Shown here: positions 29,366 to 39,819 of the stretch, piece after piece
How the letters are laid out: each line of letters starts with the position of its first letter
How positions within the stretch are numbered: the stretch's first letter is position 1
Assembly (NCBI GenBank): GCA_035559535.1
Contig: DATMBG010000025.1
Coordinates: 1-64,000, forward strand
Direction: 5' to 3'
Source: Candidatus Limnocylindrales bacterium
GTDB lineage: Bacteria > Moduliflexota > Moduliflexia > Moduliflexales > JAUQPW01
Length of the DNA stretch: 64,000 nucleotides
Notes under the pieces: generated by a model
Told to the model about the DNA's origin: nothing
What the model saw: the letters and a program-made list of their open reading frames with translations, nothing else
The model's database searches: none
Program-made: the position numbers and the translations under genes

Positions 29366-30232
29366 ATGAAAACTTTAAAAATCAAAACCATGGCAGGGGT
29401 TTCCCAGGATAAAAGCTTGTGGTTTTATCTCCAGGATATTGGGAAAATCCCTACCACTACCAGAAAGGAGGAGCAGGAGTTAGCCGAGAGAATTCAGAAA
29501 GGGGATTCAGAAGCCATGCGTCGCCTGGTAGAAGGAAACTTAAAATTTGTAGTGAAGGTGGCTCAGAGTTACCAGGGATGCGGTTTACCTTTGATTGATT
29601 TAATCAATGAAGGAAATTTGGGGCTTATAGAAGCGGCGAAACGATTCGATCCTTCAAAAAAGGTTAAGTTTATCTCCTATGCGGTGTGGTGGATTCGACA
29701 GTCTATTTTACGGGCTTTACCTGAACAAGGTCGTACCATTCGATTACCTTTAAAGCAAGCAGGGCTTTTATTAAAACTGGATAAGGCTTATAACGAGTTG
29801 TCTCAGCAAAAAGAGGGAAGGGAACCGACTCCGAAGGAGATTGCCGAGCGAATGGATATTTCAGAGGAAGAGGTCCGGGATATCCTGGAATTCTCGAAAC
29901 GACCTTTATCTCTTGATGCCCCAACGCTGGAAGATGAAAATATTAGTCTGATGAACCTTGTGGCCAGTAAAGATAGTCTGGCACCTGATGAGGCCGTGGT
30001 CAACCAGACCCTCATCGAGGAACTTCGGAAACTCCTAGACGAGCTAGAGCCTCGAGAGGCGACTATCCTGCGATTACGATTTGGGCTAGATGGAGAAGGG
30101 CCTTTAACCCTGGAAGAAATCGGGGGAAGGTTACATCTGAGCCGTGAAAGGGTTCGACAGTTGGAGAAGCGGGCCAAAGAAAGATTAAAAAAGCGGGCAG
30201 ATGCTAAGAGTTTAGGGGATTATCTGAATTAG
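29366..30232 (+). CDS. RNA polymerase sigma-70 factor, RpoD/RpoS family, without region 1.1
   Basis: YLQDIG, NLKFVVKVA, DLINEGNLGL, KFISYAVWWIRQ, LRFGL, TLEEIG..LSRERVRQLE; start set at aggagag-ATG (ORF track start 29282). Confidence 0.93.
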   Translation: MKTLKIKTMAGVSQDKSLWFYLQDIGKIPTTTRKEEQELAERIQKGDSEAMRRLVEGNLKFVVKVAQSYQGCGLPLIDLINEGNLGLIEAAKRFDPSKKVKFISYAVWWIRQSILRALPEQGRTIRLPLKQAGLLLKLDKAYNELSQQKEGREPTPKEIAERMDISEEEVRDILEFSKRPLSLDAPTLEDENISLMNLVASKDSLAPDEAVVNQTLIEELRKLLDELEPREATILRLRFGLDGEGPLTLEEIGGRLHLSRERVRQLEKRAKERLKKRADAKSLGDYLN

Positions 30233-30264
30233 ATATAGGTTTATCCGCTATTCTTTTCCCTGGA

Positions 30265-30333
30265 AAGGTCTGAACCCCTACCCTCCCCAGGGATAAGGAA
30301 GGTAGGGTAGGGGTTCAGACCTTAGTTTTTTTA
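30265..30333 (+). terminator. intrinsic terminator (20-bp perfect inverted repeat plus T-tract)
   Basis: aaggtctgaacccctaccct / agggtaggggttcagacctt followed by agttttttt. Confidence 0.75.
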
Positions 30334-30351
30334 TTTGGAACTCCCCCTCCT

Positions 30352-30954
30352 ATGAATACCCAGAGTCATGCCATTCTTAATCTCTTTTTATTAAGAAAAA
30401 CCCTTGAAAAAAAGCCTATTCCTGTAGATCATCTCAATTCTGTCATTGTAGGCGGATCTATTTTGCCAGATATTCCCATCTTATTCTTTACCTTTTGGTA
30501 TCGATGGATAGTTCCTACCCCTCACCGGATCATCTGGAAGACCCTTTACTTTCGGGAAGACTGGCAGACGCTTTTCAATCTTTTTCACTCCTTTCCTATT
30601 TTTTTAATTCTGACCGGACTGGCGTATTATTTTTCTAAGCCCCGCCTATGGATTTTTTTTATGGCCAGCCTCTTGCACTTTTCCGAAGATTTTTTTGTCC
30701 ATCAAGAAGATGGCCATGCCCATTTCTTTCCCTTGAGTTCGTATAAATTTATCTCTCCCATCTCTTATTGGGACCCGGGGAGTTTTGGTCAATATTTTTA
30801 CATTTTTGAGTCTTTCCTCATGTTGGTCATCTCTTTTCCTGTGTTCAGATATATAAAGACCGGATGGGGCAAGGTCTTATTAGTTTTAGCCAATGCTTCC
30901 TTATGGGGAGGTCCTGTTTTTTGGCGTTTTGTATTTTCTCATTCTCTTCCTTAG
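30352..30954 (+). CDS. membrane protein, putative metal-dependent hydrolase (YdjM-like)
   Basis: H, ILPD, FHS, LH..ED..VH..D.H motifs with TM segments. Confidence 0.65.
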   Translation: MNTQSHAILNLFLLRKTLEKKPIPVDHLNSVIVGGSILPDIPILFFTFWYRWIVPTPHRIIWKTLYFREDWQTLFNLFHSFPIFLILTGLAYYFSKPRLWIFFMASLLHFSEDFFVHQEDGHAHFFPLSSYKFISPISYWDPGSFGQYFYIFESFLMLVISFPVFRYIKTGWGKVLLVLANASLWGGPVFWRFVFSHSLP

Positions 30955-31027
30955 AGAAACCCATTTATCCTAATAACCTTTTTAAAAAAGTTGTAAGCTT
31001 TCTCAAACAGGAGCAACTTTATAATAT

Positions 31028-32083
31028 ATGGAGGTATATCAACTGGCCCATCAGTTTCAACCTTTACTTGCCCGATATGTAGCGGAAAATCAATCGCTTC
31101 GAGAGATATTGGATTTGAAGGCAAAGCCTGTATCCCTGACCTTTTTGGCGGCCGGGGAAAACAATCTGGCTTTTAAGCTTTCTTCTCCGTCTGAATCAGC
31201 TTCGCCTGCCTGGGTCCTTCGATTTTGTTTGATTCCTTCTCGATGGAAATCCAACGTGGAACAGATTGCCTATGAATATAAAACCTTAGAATACCTTAAA
31301 GGTTCGGGTATTACAGCAGAACCCTGTTATCTGGATCTCTCCTGCCAGAGATTTCCTTACCCTTTGATGGGGATGACCTTCCTTCCCGGACGTATCTTGA
31401 ATTATGATAACGATCTGGCCAGGTGTGCCAGGATCTATGCCCAACTCCATGCCGTAACCATATCCGATGAAAAAAATCACCTGTTAAAGAATACCCATCC
31501 CCTTACTTTGTACTACCGGGAAAGCCTGAGGTTTGCTCAGAAATATTTGGGTTGTATGAAGGGAGATCCTCTGGTTAAGAGGATTCTGGAATTCTTTATT
31601 CGAAAGGCGGAAATCAAAAAGGACCAGGAACCTTATTTGCTGAGCCAACCGGTTAACGGAATTAATCACATTGATGCCACCTTTAATAACTGGCTCATCG
31701 ATGAATCCCAGGATCGGGCTTATCTGGTGGATTGGGAGTGGGCTGAGTACGGAACCGTAGCCGGAGACTTATCGCACTTTCTCTGTCCGACTTTGGTATA
31801 TCGGCATAACCGTTATATCCTCAGTGAAGAGCAGCGAATCTTTTTCCTGAAAACCTATTTTGATCATTGTCCGGACAAATCGAGGGAAGCTATTATTCGG
31901 GAGCATCTTCGGCTGGTCCTTCCATTTATTGTGTTACGCTCTACTACCTGGGCAGCTTCAGTGATGGTGGATTATCTGGAAGGTACCAAGGTCATCGAGC
32001 GACCAGAGTCGTTAAGGAAAGTTAAGGCCCATCTGGAACTGGACTTTCTGGAATGGTTAAAGAAACAGTATTTTGAAGATTAA
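31028..32083 (+). CDS. aminoglycoside/choline kinase-like phosphotransferase (APH family)
   Basis: AAGENN, VLR, Brenner-like HIDATFNN, LVDWE, DLSHF. Confidence 0.85.
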   Translation: MEVYQLAHQFQPLLARYVAENQSLREILDLKAKPVSLTFLAAGENNLAFKLSSPSESASPAWVLRFCLIPSRWKSNVEQIAYEYKTLEYLKGSGITAEPCYLDLSCQRFPYPLMGMTFLPGRILNYDNDLARCARIYAQLHAVTISDEKNHLLKNTHPLTLYYRESLRFAQKYLGCMKGDPLVKRILEFFIRKAEIKKDQEPYLLSQPVNGINHIDATFNNWLIDESQDRAYLVDWEWAEYGTVAGDLSHFLCPTLVYRHNRYILSEEQRIFFLKTYFDHCPDKSREAIIREHLRLVLPFIVLRSTTWAASVMVDYLEGTKVIERPESLRKVKAHLELDFLEWLKKQYFED

Positions 32084-32149
32084 CTCATGGTCCGTTGCCG
32101 GTCAAAGGAGGAAAAGCAATAGACAACGGATATCGACAGAAGATGTATT

Positions 32150-32980
32150 ATGATTTTTAAACAACGTGTATCCCGTGAAAGAGGTCTTATTGAAGGAGAT
32201 AGGCTCATAGAACTTCATCTTTATCCTGGAAATCTCTGTAACCGGGAGTGTTCGTTCTGTACCGTCTTAGGAAACCCCAGGGGCTGGTACAAAAACTATA
32301 CTTCAGAACATTTGGAAGGAGCGCTTCAGGCGGTTTGTACCCACGAAGGGGCTACCATTAAATTTTACGGCGGTGAACCGACGCTGGATTTTGAGAACGT
32401 TATCTGGGCCATGGGGTATCTCAGAGAGAAAGGATTCCGGGGATCTTTTGTGATCTATTCCAATGGAATCCAGGCCACCCGATTGATTCAAATGATAGAA
32501 TCCGATCCCTTAAAACGGACCACCGCTTCCTTAAACTATTCCATTACCACGGGAGATGGTGCCCCCCCCATGCCTGAGAAGGCCCTTAAAATACTGGAAG
32601 AATATGAATCCAAGCATCCGGGAACTATTGCCATTGGGCATCCTGCCATTTTGGATATGGGAAGGGGTTTTGAATCCTTCCGAGGGGATTCAACCCGACC
32701 CAAGCAGAGTAGCCAGTGCCCCCATTGCTATCCCGTATTAACCACCCGGGGCCGTTTCCATGCCTGTCCTTTTGCCGTTGAAATCGAGGCTCCCCATTTT
32801 CAACTGGGTACCTTACACTCTTCCCCTGGGCAAATCTCCAGGAACTTTAAAATATTTCTAAACTGGTTGGATACCGTCCATGAACCCTATGCCGTAAAAC
32901 ATCATTTACCGGCCTGTACCGTTTGCCATAAACATCTGAAGGATCTTCCGATCCCTTCGTTCCTTCCCGAAAAGGCTTAA
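32150..32980 (+). CDS. radical SAM protein
   Basis: CNRECSFC, YGGEPTL, SNG; extra C-terminal cysteines (CPHC, HAC, CTVC). Confidence 0.9.
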   Translation: MIFKQRVSRERGLIEGDRLIELHLYPGNLCNRECSFCTVLGNPRGWYKNYTSEHLEGALQAVCTHEGATIKFYGGEPTLDFENVIWAMGYLREKGFRGSFVIYSNGIQATRLIQMIESDPLKRTTASLNYSITTGDGAPPMPEKALKILEEYESKHPGTIAIGHPAILDMGRGFESFRGDSTRPKQSSQCPHCYPVLTTRGRFHACPFAVEIEAPHFQLGTLHSSPGQISRNFKIFLNWLDTVHEPYAVKHHLPACTVCHKHLKDLPIPSFLPEKA

Positions 32981-33026
32981 GATTCTGAATCGGCACTTTC
33001 AGGAAGTAAATACCCACCAAAAATTC

Positions 33027-33055
33027 TTGACTATCTCCTTGAAAATAGTTATAGT
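33027..33055 (+). promoter_or_regulatory. sigma-70 promoter for the polymerase-accA unit
   Basis: TTGACT-17 nt-TATAGT. Confidence 0.65.
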
Positions 33056-33142
33056 GCATCATCAAAGCTGGTCAACAAAGGAAAAAAAAGAAAAGGAGTT
33101 CTGAATATTTCTCTCATCTGAACTTTTAAGACATTTCCAGGT

Positions 33143-34885
33143 ATGGGTATGCTTATTACAAGGACAGAGGATCTTTACCGCATACTTCCCGAGTTGGAAA
33201 AAATGGATCTGGTTGCCGTAGATACCGAGACAACGGGACTGGATCCCCATCTGAATCAGGTCATCTTGTTCCAGATCGGAACGCCAACAAAACAATTTCT
33301 CATTGATACCCGAAAGGCTTCTCTAGAACCCTTGAGATCTTTTCTGGAGGGTCCCAAGCCCAAAGTTTTACATAATGCCAAATTTGATTACAAAATGATT
33401 CGTGGCACGTTTGGAATTAAAATGGAGAATCTGATCGATACGATGATTCTGGAGCAGGTACTGACCAGTGGCGCGCAGGAAAGGGGTTTTGGACTCAAAG
33501 ATTTGGCCGCCCAGTATTTGAATATTGACATGGATAAGTCGGAACGAAGCAGTTTCATGGCCCACACCGGAGATTTTACAGAAGCTCAGCTGGATTATGC
33601 CATTCGGGATATCATCCATACGTATCAAATCCTTCTAAAACAGGTACCCAAGATCGTTCAACAGGGTCTTGAACACACGGCCAAACTGGAGTGTTTGGTT
33701 ATTCCAGCATTTGGAGATATGGAGTTCGATGGGTTTTTCCTGGATACGGAAAAGTGGAATCAGTTGATCAAAATTTCTGAGATAGAGCGAGATAAGGCTA
33801 AAGCGGAGTTGGACCGGATCTTTAAAGCGACCCGGAAAAGTGATAATTTATTTGGATGGGTAGATATCAATTATGATAGTGACGAGCAGCTCAAGAAAGC
33901 CCTGGCCGATCTTGGGATCCATGTGGAAGATACCAGCCGGGAAACCTTAATGGGTATCAAGCATGAAGTTAAAGATTGGCTCCTGATCTACCGGGAGCAT
34001 CAAAAAGTCCTCAGTACCTATGGAGAAAGTTTCCTCAAGCATATCCATCCCAAAACAGGTCGCATCCACTGTGACTTTAAACAGCTTGGAGCAGAAAGTG
34101 GCCGTGTTTCCTGTACCAACCCAAACCTTCAAAATATCAAGGCAGAATCTGAGTTCCGAAGCGCGTTTGTAGCCCCCCCGGGACGAAAGATCATCACCTG
34201 CGATTATAGCGGTTGTGAATTACGAATTATTGCAGAATTGAGTGAGGATCCTGTTTTCTTGAAAACCTTCCATGAAGGGGGAGATTTACATGCCATTGTA
34301 GCGTCTACCATGTTTAACAAACCGGTCAGTAAGACTGAGAACCCTGAGTTACGGAAACAGGCTAAATTTATTAATTTTGGTCTGGCCTACGGGATGGGTG
34401 CGCAAGGTTTAGCCACTCTGGTCGGCTGCTCCGAGAAAGAAGCTGAAAAACTCCTCAATCAATACTTTAAAACCTATCCTAAAATTAAAAAGTTTTTAGA
34501 TAATGCAGCGAAAAAAGCCTTAAAAGAAGGTTATTCGGAAACCATCGGAGGACGAAAACGGTATTACGATATTTCCCAGATTCATTCCAATCCCAGGGAG
34601 CGTGCGGCCATTGAACGTAAAGCAAAGAATGCACCTATTCAGGGTACCAATGCAGATATGACCAAACTGGCCCTGGTCTATATACGAGAAGAGTTTAAAA
34701 AACGTAATCTGGATGCTTTACTGGTGAACACCGTTCATGATGAGATTGTGGTGGAAAGTGCAGAGGAGATTGCCGAAGAAGTTGGAAAACTCGTGCATGA
34801 TTGTATGGTTAAGGCTGGGAAATATTATCTGACCAAGGTTCCCGTTGAAGTCGAGTACGAGGTGGCCGAATTTTGGAAGAAATAG
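33143..34885 (+). CDS. polA: family A DNA polymerase, 3'-5' exonuclease plus polymerase only (no 5'-3' nuclease), Aquificae/apicoplast-like
   Basis: ExoI DTETTG, ExoII HNAKFD, Exo[21 protein letters not shown], motif A DYSGCELR, motif [15 protein letters not shown], motif C VHDEIV. Confidence 0.93.
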   Translation: MGMLITRTEDLYRILPELEKMDLVAVDTETTGLDPHLNQVILFQIGTPTKQFLIDTRKASLEPLRSFLEGPKPKVLHNAKFDYKMIRGTFGIKMENLIDTMILEQVLTSGAQERGFGLKDLAAQYLNIDMDKSERSSFMAHTGDFTEAQLDYAIRDIIHTYQILLKQVPKIVQQGLEHTAKLECLVIPAFGDMEFDGFFLDTEKWNQLIKISEIERDKAKAELDRIFKATRKSDNLFGWVDINYDSDEQLKKALADLGIHVEDTSRETLMGIKHEVKDWLLIYREHQKVLSTYGESFLKHIHPKTGRIHCDFKQLGAESGRVSCTNPNLQNIKAESEFRSAFVAPPGRKIITCDYSGCELRIIAELSEDPVFLKTFHEGGDLHAIVASTMFNKPVSKTENPELRKQAKFINFGLAYGMGAQGLATLVGCSEKEAEKLLNQYFKTYPKIKKFLDNAAKKALKEGYSETIGGRKRYYDISQIHSNPRERAAIERKAKNAPIQGTNADMTKLALVYIREEFKKRNLDALLVNTVHDEIVVESAEEIAEEVGKLVHDCMVKAGKYYLTKVPVEVEYEVAEFWKK

Positions 34886-34893
34886 GTGAAGCC

Positions 34894-35856
34894 ATGGGCG
34901 CAACCTACGAATTAAGTTTCGAGAAGAAGATCATCGAAATTGAAAATAAGATCGCGGAACTTAAACGGCTTTCTATCGGGGAAGAGGTAGATTTTTCTGA
35001 AGAGATTCGAAAATTAGAAAAGAAAGCCAGCGTCTTAACCCAGGAGATTTTCTCTAAACTTACCGATTGGGAAAGAACGCAGGTAGCCCGACATCCCAAT
35101 CGGCCTTATTTTTTAGATTATATAAGCCGGATAACAACGGATTTTATAGAACTTCATGGAGATCGTCACTTTGGCGATGATAAGGCCATCGTGGGAGGAT
35201 TGGCCAAGCTAGATGGACGATCCGTTGTGTTTATCGGGCACCAGAAGGGACGAACAACCAAGGAAAATATTGTTCGCAACTTTGGTATGCCTCACCCGGA
35301 GGGGTATCGAAAAGCTTTGCGGTTAATGAAACTGGCCGAAAAATTTAAGAAACCCATCATTACCATGATCGATACCCCGGGAGCTTATCCGGGTATCGGT
35401 GCCGAGGAACGAGGGCAGGCCGAGGCCATTGCGGTTAATCTTCTGGAGATGTCGAAGCTTCAGGTTCCTATCCTCGTGGTCATCATCGGTGAAGGGGGAA
35501 GTGGAGGGGCTTTAGCTTTAGGAGTCGGTAATCGGGTACTCATGCTTGAAAATTCCATTTACTCGGTTATTTCCCCGGAAGGCTGTGCTGCGATACTCTG
35601 GGAAGATCAAACCAAAGCCCCCGAAGCGGCTGAAAGGCTCTGCCTTACCGCCAACCACCTGATGGCTTTAGGAGTTATCGATGAGATTGTAAAGGAACCC
35701 CTGGGAGGAGCCCATAAAAACCACGATGAGATGGCCTCTATCCTTCGAGAAGCCCTTAAACGGCATCTCAAAGAGCTGGACCTGTTCACCCCGGAAGAAC
35801 TGGTCGAGCAGCGATATCAAAAATTCCGTGCCATGGGTGTATTTGAGGAAGGATAA
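34894..35856 (+). CDS. accA: acetyl-CoA carboxylase carboxyltransferase subunit alpha
   Basis: [62 protein letters not shown]. Confidence 0.97.
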   Translation: MGATYELSFEKKIIEIENKIAELKRLSIGEEVDFSEEIRKLEKKASVLTQEIFSKLTDWERTQVARHPNRPYFLDYISRITTDFIELHGDRHFGDDKAIVGGLAKLDGRSVVFIGHQKGRTTKENIVRNFGMPHPEGYRKALRLMKLAEKFKKPIITMIDTPGAYPGIGAEERGQAEAIAVNLLEMSKLQVPILVVIIGEGGSGGALALGVGNRVLMLENSIYSVISPEGCAAILWEDQTKAPEAAERLCLTANHLMALGVIDEIVKEPLGGAHKNHDEMASILREALKRHLKELDLFTPEELVEQRYQKFRAMGVFEEG

Positions 35857-35898
35857 TGGCCCGGGACTCTCAACCGGGATAATATCCGGCCCCCCTCC

Positions 35899-36196
35899 CT
35901 TTCAAGGGTATTTTTTTACTAACCTAACCCCTTCCCGACCCAGGAAGGGGGAGCGTGGGAATGGCCTATGAACCGACTCTCCCCTTACCCCCATACGGGC
36001 CAGGTTAAGCTGAAAAGCCCCGTTGGGGGCGAATTGTCGGTAGCCCCCCAACGCAAGTCGGGGGTTTCAGTCATTCAGAATTTTTTCAAGCTCCAGAGGA
36101 GCGGCCTGTTAAACAGGTGGCCCCGCCGGGGCTAACCTTCTTATCCCGGCCCCTATGGGAGTCGGAAGGGGTTAAGCCCAAAAATACCCTTGAAAG
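35899..36196. mobile_element. MITE-like element with 17-bp perfect TIR and nested REP-like cluster
   Basis: ctttcaagggtattttt / aaaaatacccttgaaag; flanks cccccctcc and cctccctcc (8/9 match); inner agccccg..ggggc palindromes. Confidence 0.7.
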
Positions 36197-36393
36197 CCTC
36201 CCTCCAGGGCTTTGAAGAGAGGTAGAATTCTGTACTCTAAACAGCGAAGGATCTTTCAAGATCCTTCTTTCTACCAGAAATCTCCCCTTGATGGGAGGTT
36301 TCTTAACGGACCGTTCCCAGAGAACTTTAGCCCTTAATCTAATCCCCTGCCTTCAGGGATCTTTTTAAATTCAACGGGATCGACTTACAAAGC

Positions 36394-38148
36394 TTAAACT
36401 AAGGCTTGCCGAATAGCGGTCTCCAGTTTTACCAGATCGGTCCTTACCTCTTTACCCAGATGGACCCGCAACGCCCGTCGATCCCGTTCCGTCAATACCT
36501 GGAAATCACCCCGTGCCTGGGCTGCTTTTACCACTCCAAAGGTATATTTCTGTCCGGGTACCGGCAAGTCTATGGCATCTTCACAGGTAATTTGTAAAAA
36601 GACCCCCCGGTTCGGTCCCCCTTTATAAACCTGACCGGTAGAGTGTAAGAAACGAGGCCCAAAGCCCAGGCAGGTGGCTACCTGTTTGGCGTCCCGCACG
36701 GCATGTCGCAGAGCTTGCAGGAGTTTCTCGTGAGCCTCATTCATTTCCACGTAGGCCAGAACTGCAAAATAGTCGTTCGCCTGGAGTCGATTTAAGTGGG
36801 CTTTAAGATAAGTTACCAATGATGGGTCCGACTCTACGGCTTCTTTCAGCGCTCTGGCGTTCTTCTCATCGGTAAAGAGCTGGAGACTACCCTCTTCCAG
36901 AATCGGAATTTCCGGCGGAAGTGCACCGGTTCGTTCATATTCGCTTGTTAGTTTCCGCGTTTCCTCTTTACTGGCTTCCACATCCGGCTGGTCAAAGGGA
37001 TTAATTCCTAAGATGGAGCCGGCAACGGCCGTTGCCATCTCCCAACGAAAGAACTCTTCCCCTAAATCGTAGATCTCATTTACAGAGATACGGACTACTG
37101 GCTGTCCGGCCTGTTCGAGACGGTCTATGGCCTTATCTTGAGACTCATCCGGCTCAGACTCCAACCTGATATAAATAAAGATCCGATCCTGTCCATACAC
37201 GTCGGGAGAACCCAAAGATTCACGATCCACAGGAATCAACCCCTTCCCTTCTTTGCCGGTTGATTCCGCAAGCAATTGCTCTAACCAGGCCCCCAGGTCA
37301 TAAATGCCCGGTGAAGTGATGAGGGTAACCTTATCATAACCCCGATTGGCCAGGACTCCCAGGATAGTCCCCAACACAACCCCGGGGTTTTCTTCGATGG
37401 GCATGGAAGGCTTACAAGCCCGGACCATGTCTTCGGTGTGGCTCAAGAACCTCTCTACGTCTACTCCCATGATGGCAGAGGGAATCATTCCAAAATCCGA
37501 AAGGGCGGAGTACCGACCTCCGATACTGGGTACCCCGAAGAAAATATGACGGAAACCATCCTTTTCAGCCATCTGCTGCAGCTTCGAGCCCGGATCCGTG
37601 ATGGCAATAAAACGGTTGCCGACTTCTTTTTCGCCGACCACTCGTTTAACCTGCTCGAAGAAATACTGCTTAAAGATGTTGGGTTCGAGAGTACTTCCCG
37701 ACTTACTGGATACGATAAACAGGGTGCTGGCCAGATCGATTTTGCTTTCGAAGGTGTGAATTTGAGCCGGATCTGTGGAATCCAGAACCAACAGTTCGGG
37801 ATAACCGGCCTGTTTACCGAACGTCATCTTCATGACTTCAGGACAGAGACTGGATCCCCCCATTCCTAAAAGCAAGGCGTGGGAGAATCTGGCATTTTTC
37901 ACCTCTTCGGCAATACTTTTAAAGCGTTGGAGGTGTGCCAGTTGATCTGCCGTAATCTCTAACCATCCCAGCCAGTTTCCCTCTTCGGTTCCCGTCCAGA
38001 GAGAGGCATCCCGTGCCCACAACCGCCTGACCTTATCCTCTCTCTGCCAGGCTTCGAGGGATGTCTTAACAGCAGCGGTGAGGTCCTCGGATAGTTTGAA
38101 AGTTTGACGGTTGATGCGATAGGTAGAAACGGCTTCCATATTTTTCAT
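36394..38148 (-). CDS. pgi: glucose-6-phosphate isomerase (PGI half of the Tal/Pgi-type protein)
   Basis: LGMGGSSL, SSKSGSTLE, AITDPGS, IGGRYSALS, QLLAESTGK, NPFDQPDVE, GPRFLHSTGQ. Confidence 0.88.
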   Translation of the reverse strand: MKNMEAVSTYRINRQTFKLSEDLTAAVKTSLEAWQREDKVRRLWARDASLWTGTEEGNWLGWLEITADQLAHLQRFKSIAEEVKNARFSHALLLGMGGSSLCPEVMKMTFGKQAGYPELLVLDSTDPAQIHTFESKIDLASTLFIVSSKSGSTLEPNIFKQYFFEQVKRVVGEKEVGNRFIAITDPGSKLQQMAEKDGFRHIFFGVPSIGGRYSALSDFGMIPSAIMGVDVERFLSHTEDMVRACKPSMPIEENPGVVLGTILGVLANRGYDKVTLITSPGIYDLGAWLEQLLAESTGKEGKGLIPVDRESLGSPDVYGQDRIFIYIRLESEPDESQDKAIDRLEQAGQPVVRISVNEIYDLGEEFFRWEMATAVAGSILGINPFDQPDVEASKEETRKLTSEYERTGALPPEIPILEEGSLQLFTDEKNARALKEAVESDPSLVTYLKAHLNRLQANDYFAVLAYVEMNEAHEKLLQALRHAVRDAKQVATCLGFGPRFLHSTGQVYKGGPNRGVFLQITCEDAIDLPVPGQKYTFGVVKAAQARGDFQVLTERDRRALRVHLGKEVRTDLVKLETAIRQALV

Positions 38149-38176
38149 CTCCTGGGATTCCAGAGGGCTTTTCGGT

Positions 38177-39598
38177 TTAGGCCCGAGGCCCGATCATTTC
38201 TTCCGGGCGAACGAGTCGATCAAACTCTTCGCCGGATAGATACCCCAATTCAATACAGGCTTCCCGTAAGGTTTTACCCTCTTTGTAGGCCTTATGGGCG
38301 ACCTGGGCAGCTTTATCATAACCGATATACGGACTCAAGGCGGTCACCAACATCAGGGAATTATGGACATATTTCTGAATTTGCGGCAGGTTCGGTTGAA
38401 TACCGACCACACAGTATTTGGTAAACAGAAGACAGGCATCGGATAAGAGGGTGACCGAGTGGAGAAAGTTGTAAATGATAAGTGGTTTAAATACGTTTAA
38501 TTCAAAATTACCCTGTGAGCCGGCAAAGGTAATGGCTGCATCGTTACCCATTACCTGAACGGCGACCATGGTCAGGGCTTCACTTTGGGTGGGATTTACC
38601 TTGCCGGGCATAATCGATGAGCCCGGTTCATTCTCCGGTAGGATAAGCTCACTGATTCCACATCGGGGACCCGAGGCGAGCCAGCGGATATCGTTGGCGA
38701 TCTTCATCAACGAACAGGCCAGGGTTTTCAAAGCACCCGAAGCCATTACCAAAGGATCGTGGGCGGCAAGATAGGCAAATTTGTTAGGTGCCGAGACAAA
38801 GGGAAGGCCTGTAAGTTCCGCGATCCTGGCAGCTCCTCGCTCGGCAAACTCAGGATGGGTACTAAATCCTGTCCCTACGGCGGTACCTCCCAAAGCCAGT
38901 TTGTAGAGGTCTGGCAGCACATTTTCCAGACGGTTTAAATTCTCCTCCAGTTGGGCCACATAGCCAGAAAACTCCTGTCCCAGGGTGAGAGGAATAGCAT
39001 CCTGAAGGTGGGTACGACCGATCTTGATAATCGAAGCAAATTCCTTGGCTTTATCTGCCAGAGCGTCCTTCAGTCCGGTAACTGCTGGAATTAATCGCCG
39101 TTTTAACTCCGTAGCAGCCGCAATGTGCATGGCGGTGGGGAAGGTATCGTTGGACGATTGGGACATGTTGACATGATCATTGGGATGGATGGGATATTTG
39201 CTTCCCATTTTCCCACCGGCCAATTCAATGGCCCGGTTGGCAATGACTTCGTTGACGTTCATGTTGGTTTGCGTACCACTTCCTGTCTGCCAAACCCGTA
39301 AAGGGAAATGGTCATCGAGCTTGCCTTCAATGACTTCTTCGGCCGCCTGAATAATGAGTCTGGCTTTGTCCGGAGGGAGTTTACCCAGATCTCGATTTAC
39401 CTCTGCGGCAGCTTTTTTGAGAATCCCAAAAGCCCAAATAATTGGCCTAGGCATGGTATCCTGGCCGATGGCAAAATGAATCAATGAACGCGCAGTTTGT
39501 GCTCCGTAATAACGATCTGCGGGTACTTCAATCGCACCCATACTATCGGTTTCAATACGTATGGCCATCTTTGATGAGGAAGCTTGATCTGACATCAT
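38177..39598 (-). CDS. fumC: class II fumarate hydratase
   Basis: [51 protein letters not shown]. Confidence 0.97.
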   Translation of the reverse strand: MMSDQASSSKMAIRIETDSMGAIEVPADRYYGAQTARSLIHFAIGQDTMPRPIIWAFGILKKAAAEVNRDLGKLPPDKARLIIQAAEEVIEGKLDDHFPLRVWQTGSGTQTNMNVNEVIANRAIELAGGKMGSKYPIHPNDHVNMSQSSNDTFPTAMHIAAATELKRRLIPAVTGLKDALADKAKEFASIIKIGRTHLQDAIPLTLGQEFSGYVAQLEENLNRLENVLPDLYKLALGGTAVGTGFSTHPEFAERGAARIAELTGLPFVSAPNKFAYLAAHDPLVMASGALKTLACSLMKIANDIRWLASGPRCGISELILPENEPGSSIMPGKVNPTQSEALTMVAVQVMGNDAAITFAGSQGNFELNVFKPLIIYNFLHSVTLLSDACLLFTKYCVVGIQPNLPQIQKYVHNSLMLVTALSPYIGYDKAAQVAHKAYKEGKTLREACIELGYLSGEEFDRLVRPEEMIGPRA

Positions 39599-39614
39599 TC
39601 TCCATCTCCTGAAG

Positions 39615-39816
39615 GGTCCAGGGTCAGGAGTCAGAACTCAGAACAAAATTCCTCACAGGGGGAAAACCTTTCCTTATGTTTAGATTTTTAACCTGTAGCC
39701 AATTGTGAAGGGGAAGTGGAACCCATTCGCCGTTCACTAGGGACTCCTTTCTGATTTCTCAGATCTTAATTTTTGACTTCTGACTTCGGACTCCTGACTT
39801 CTGACCTCTGGCTTCT
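39615..39816. repeat. inverted heptamer tandem-repeat tracts (agtcaga / tctgact type)
   Basis: ggtccagggtcaggagtcagaactcagaa at 39615-39643 and tgacttctgacttcggactcctgacttctgacctctggcttct at 39774-39816. Confidence 0.7.
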
Positions 39817-39819
39817 AAA

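Noticed and set aside
33143-34885. Prophage origin of the polymerase region
   Set aside because: No integrase, structural, helicase or primase genes nearby; the downstream neighbour is the housekeeping gene accA.
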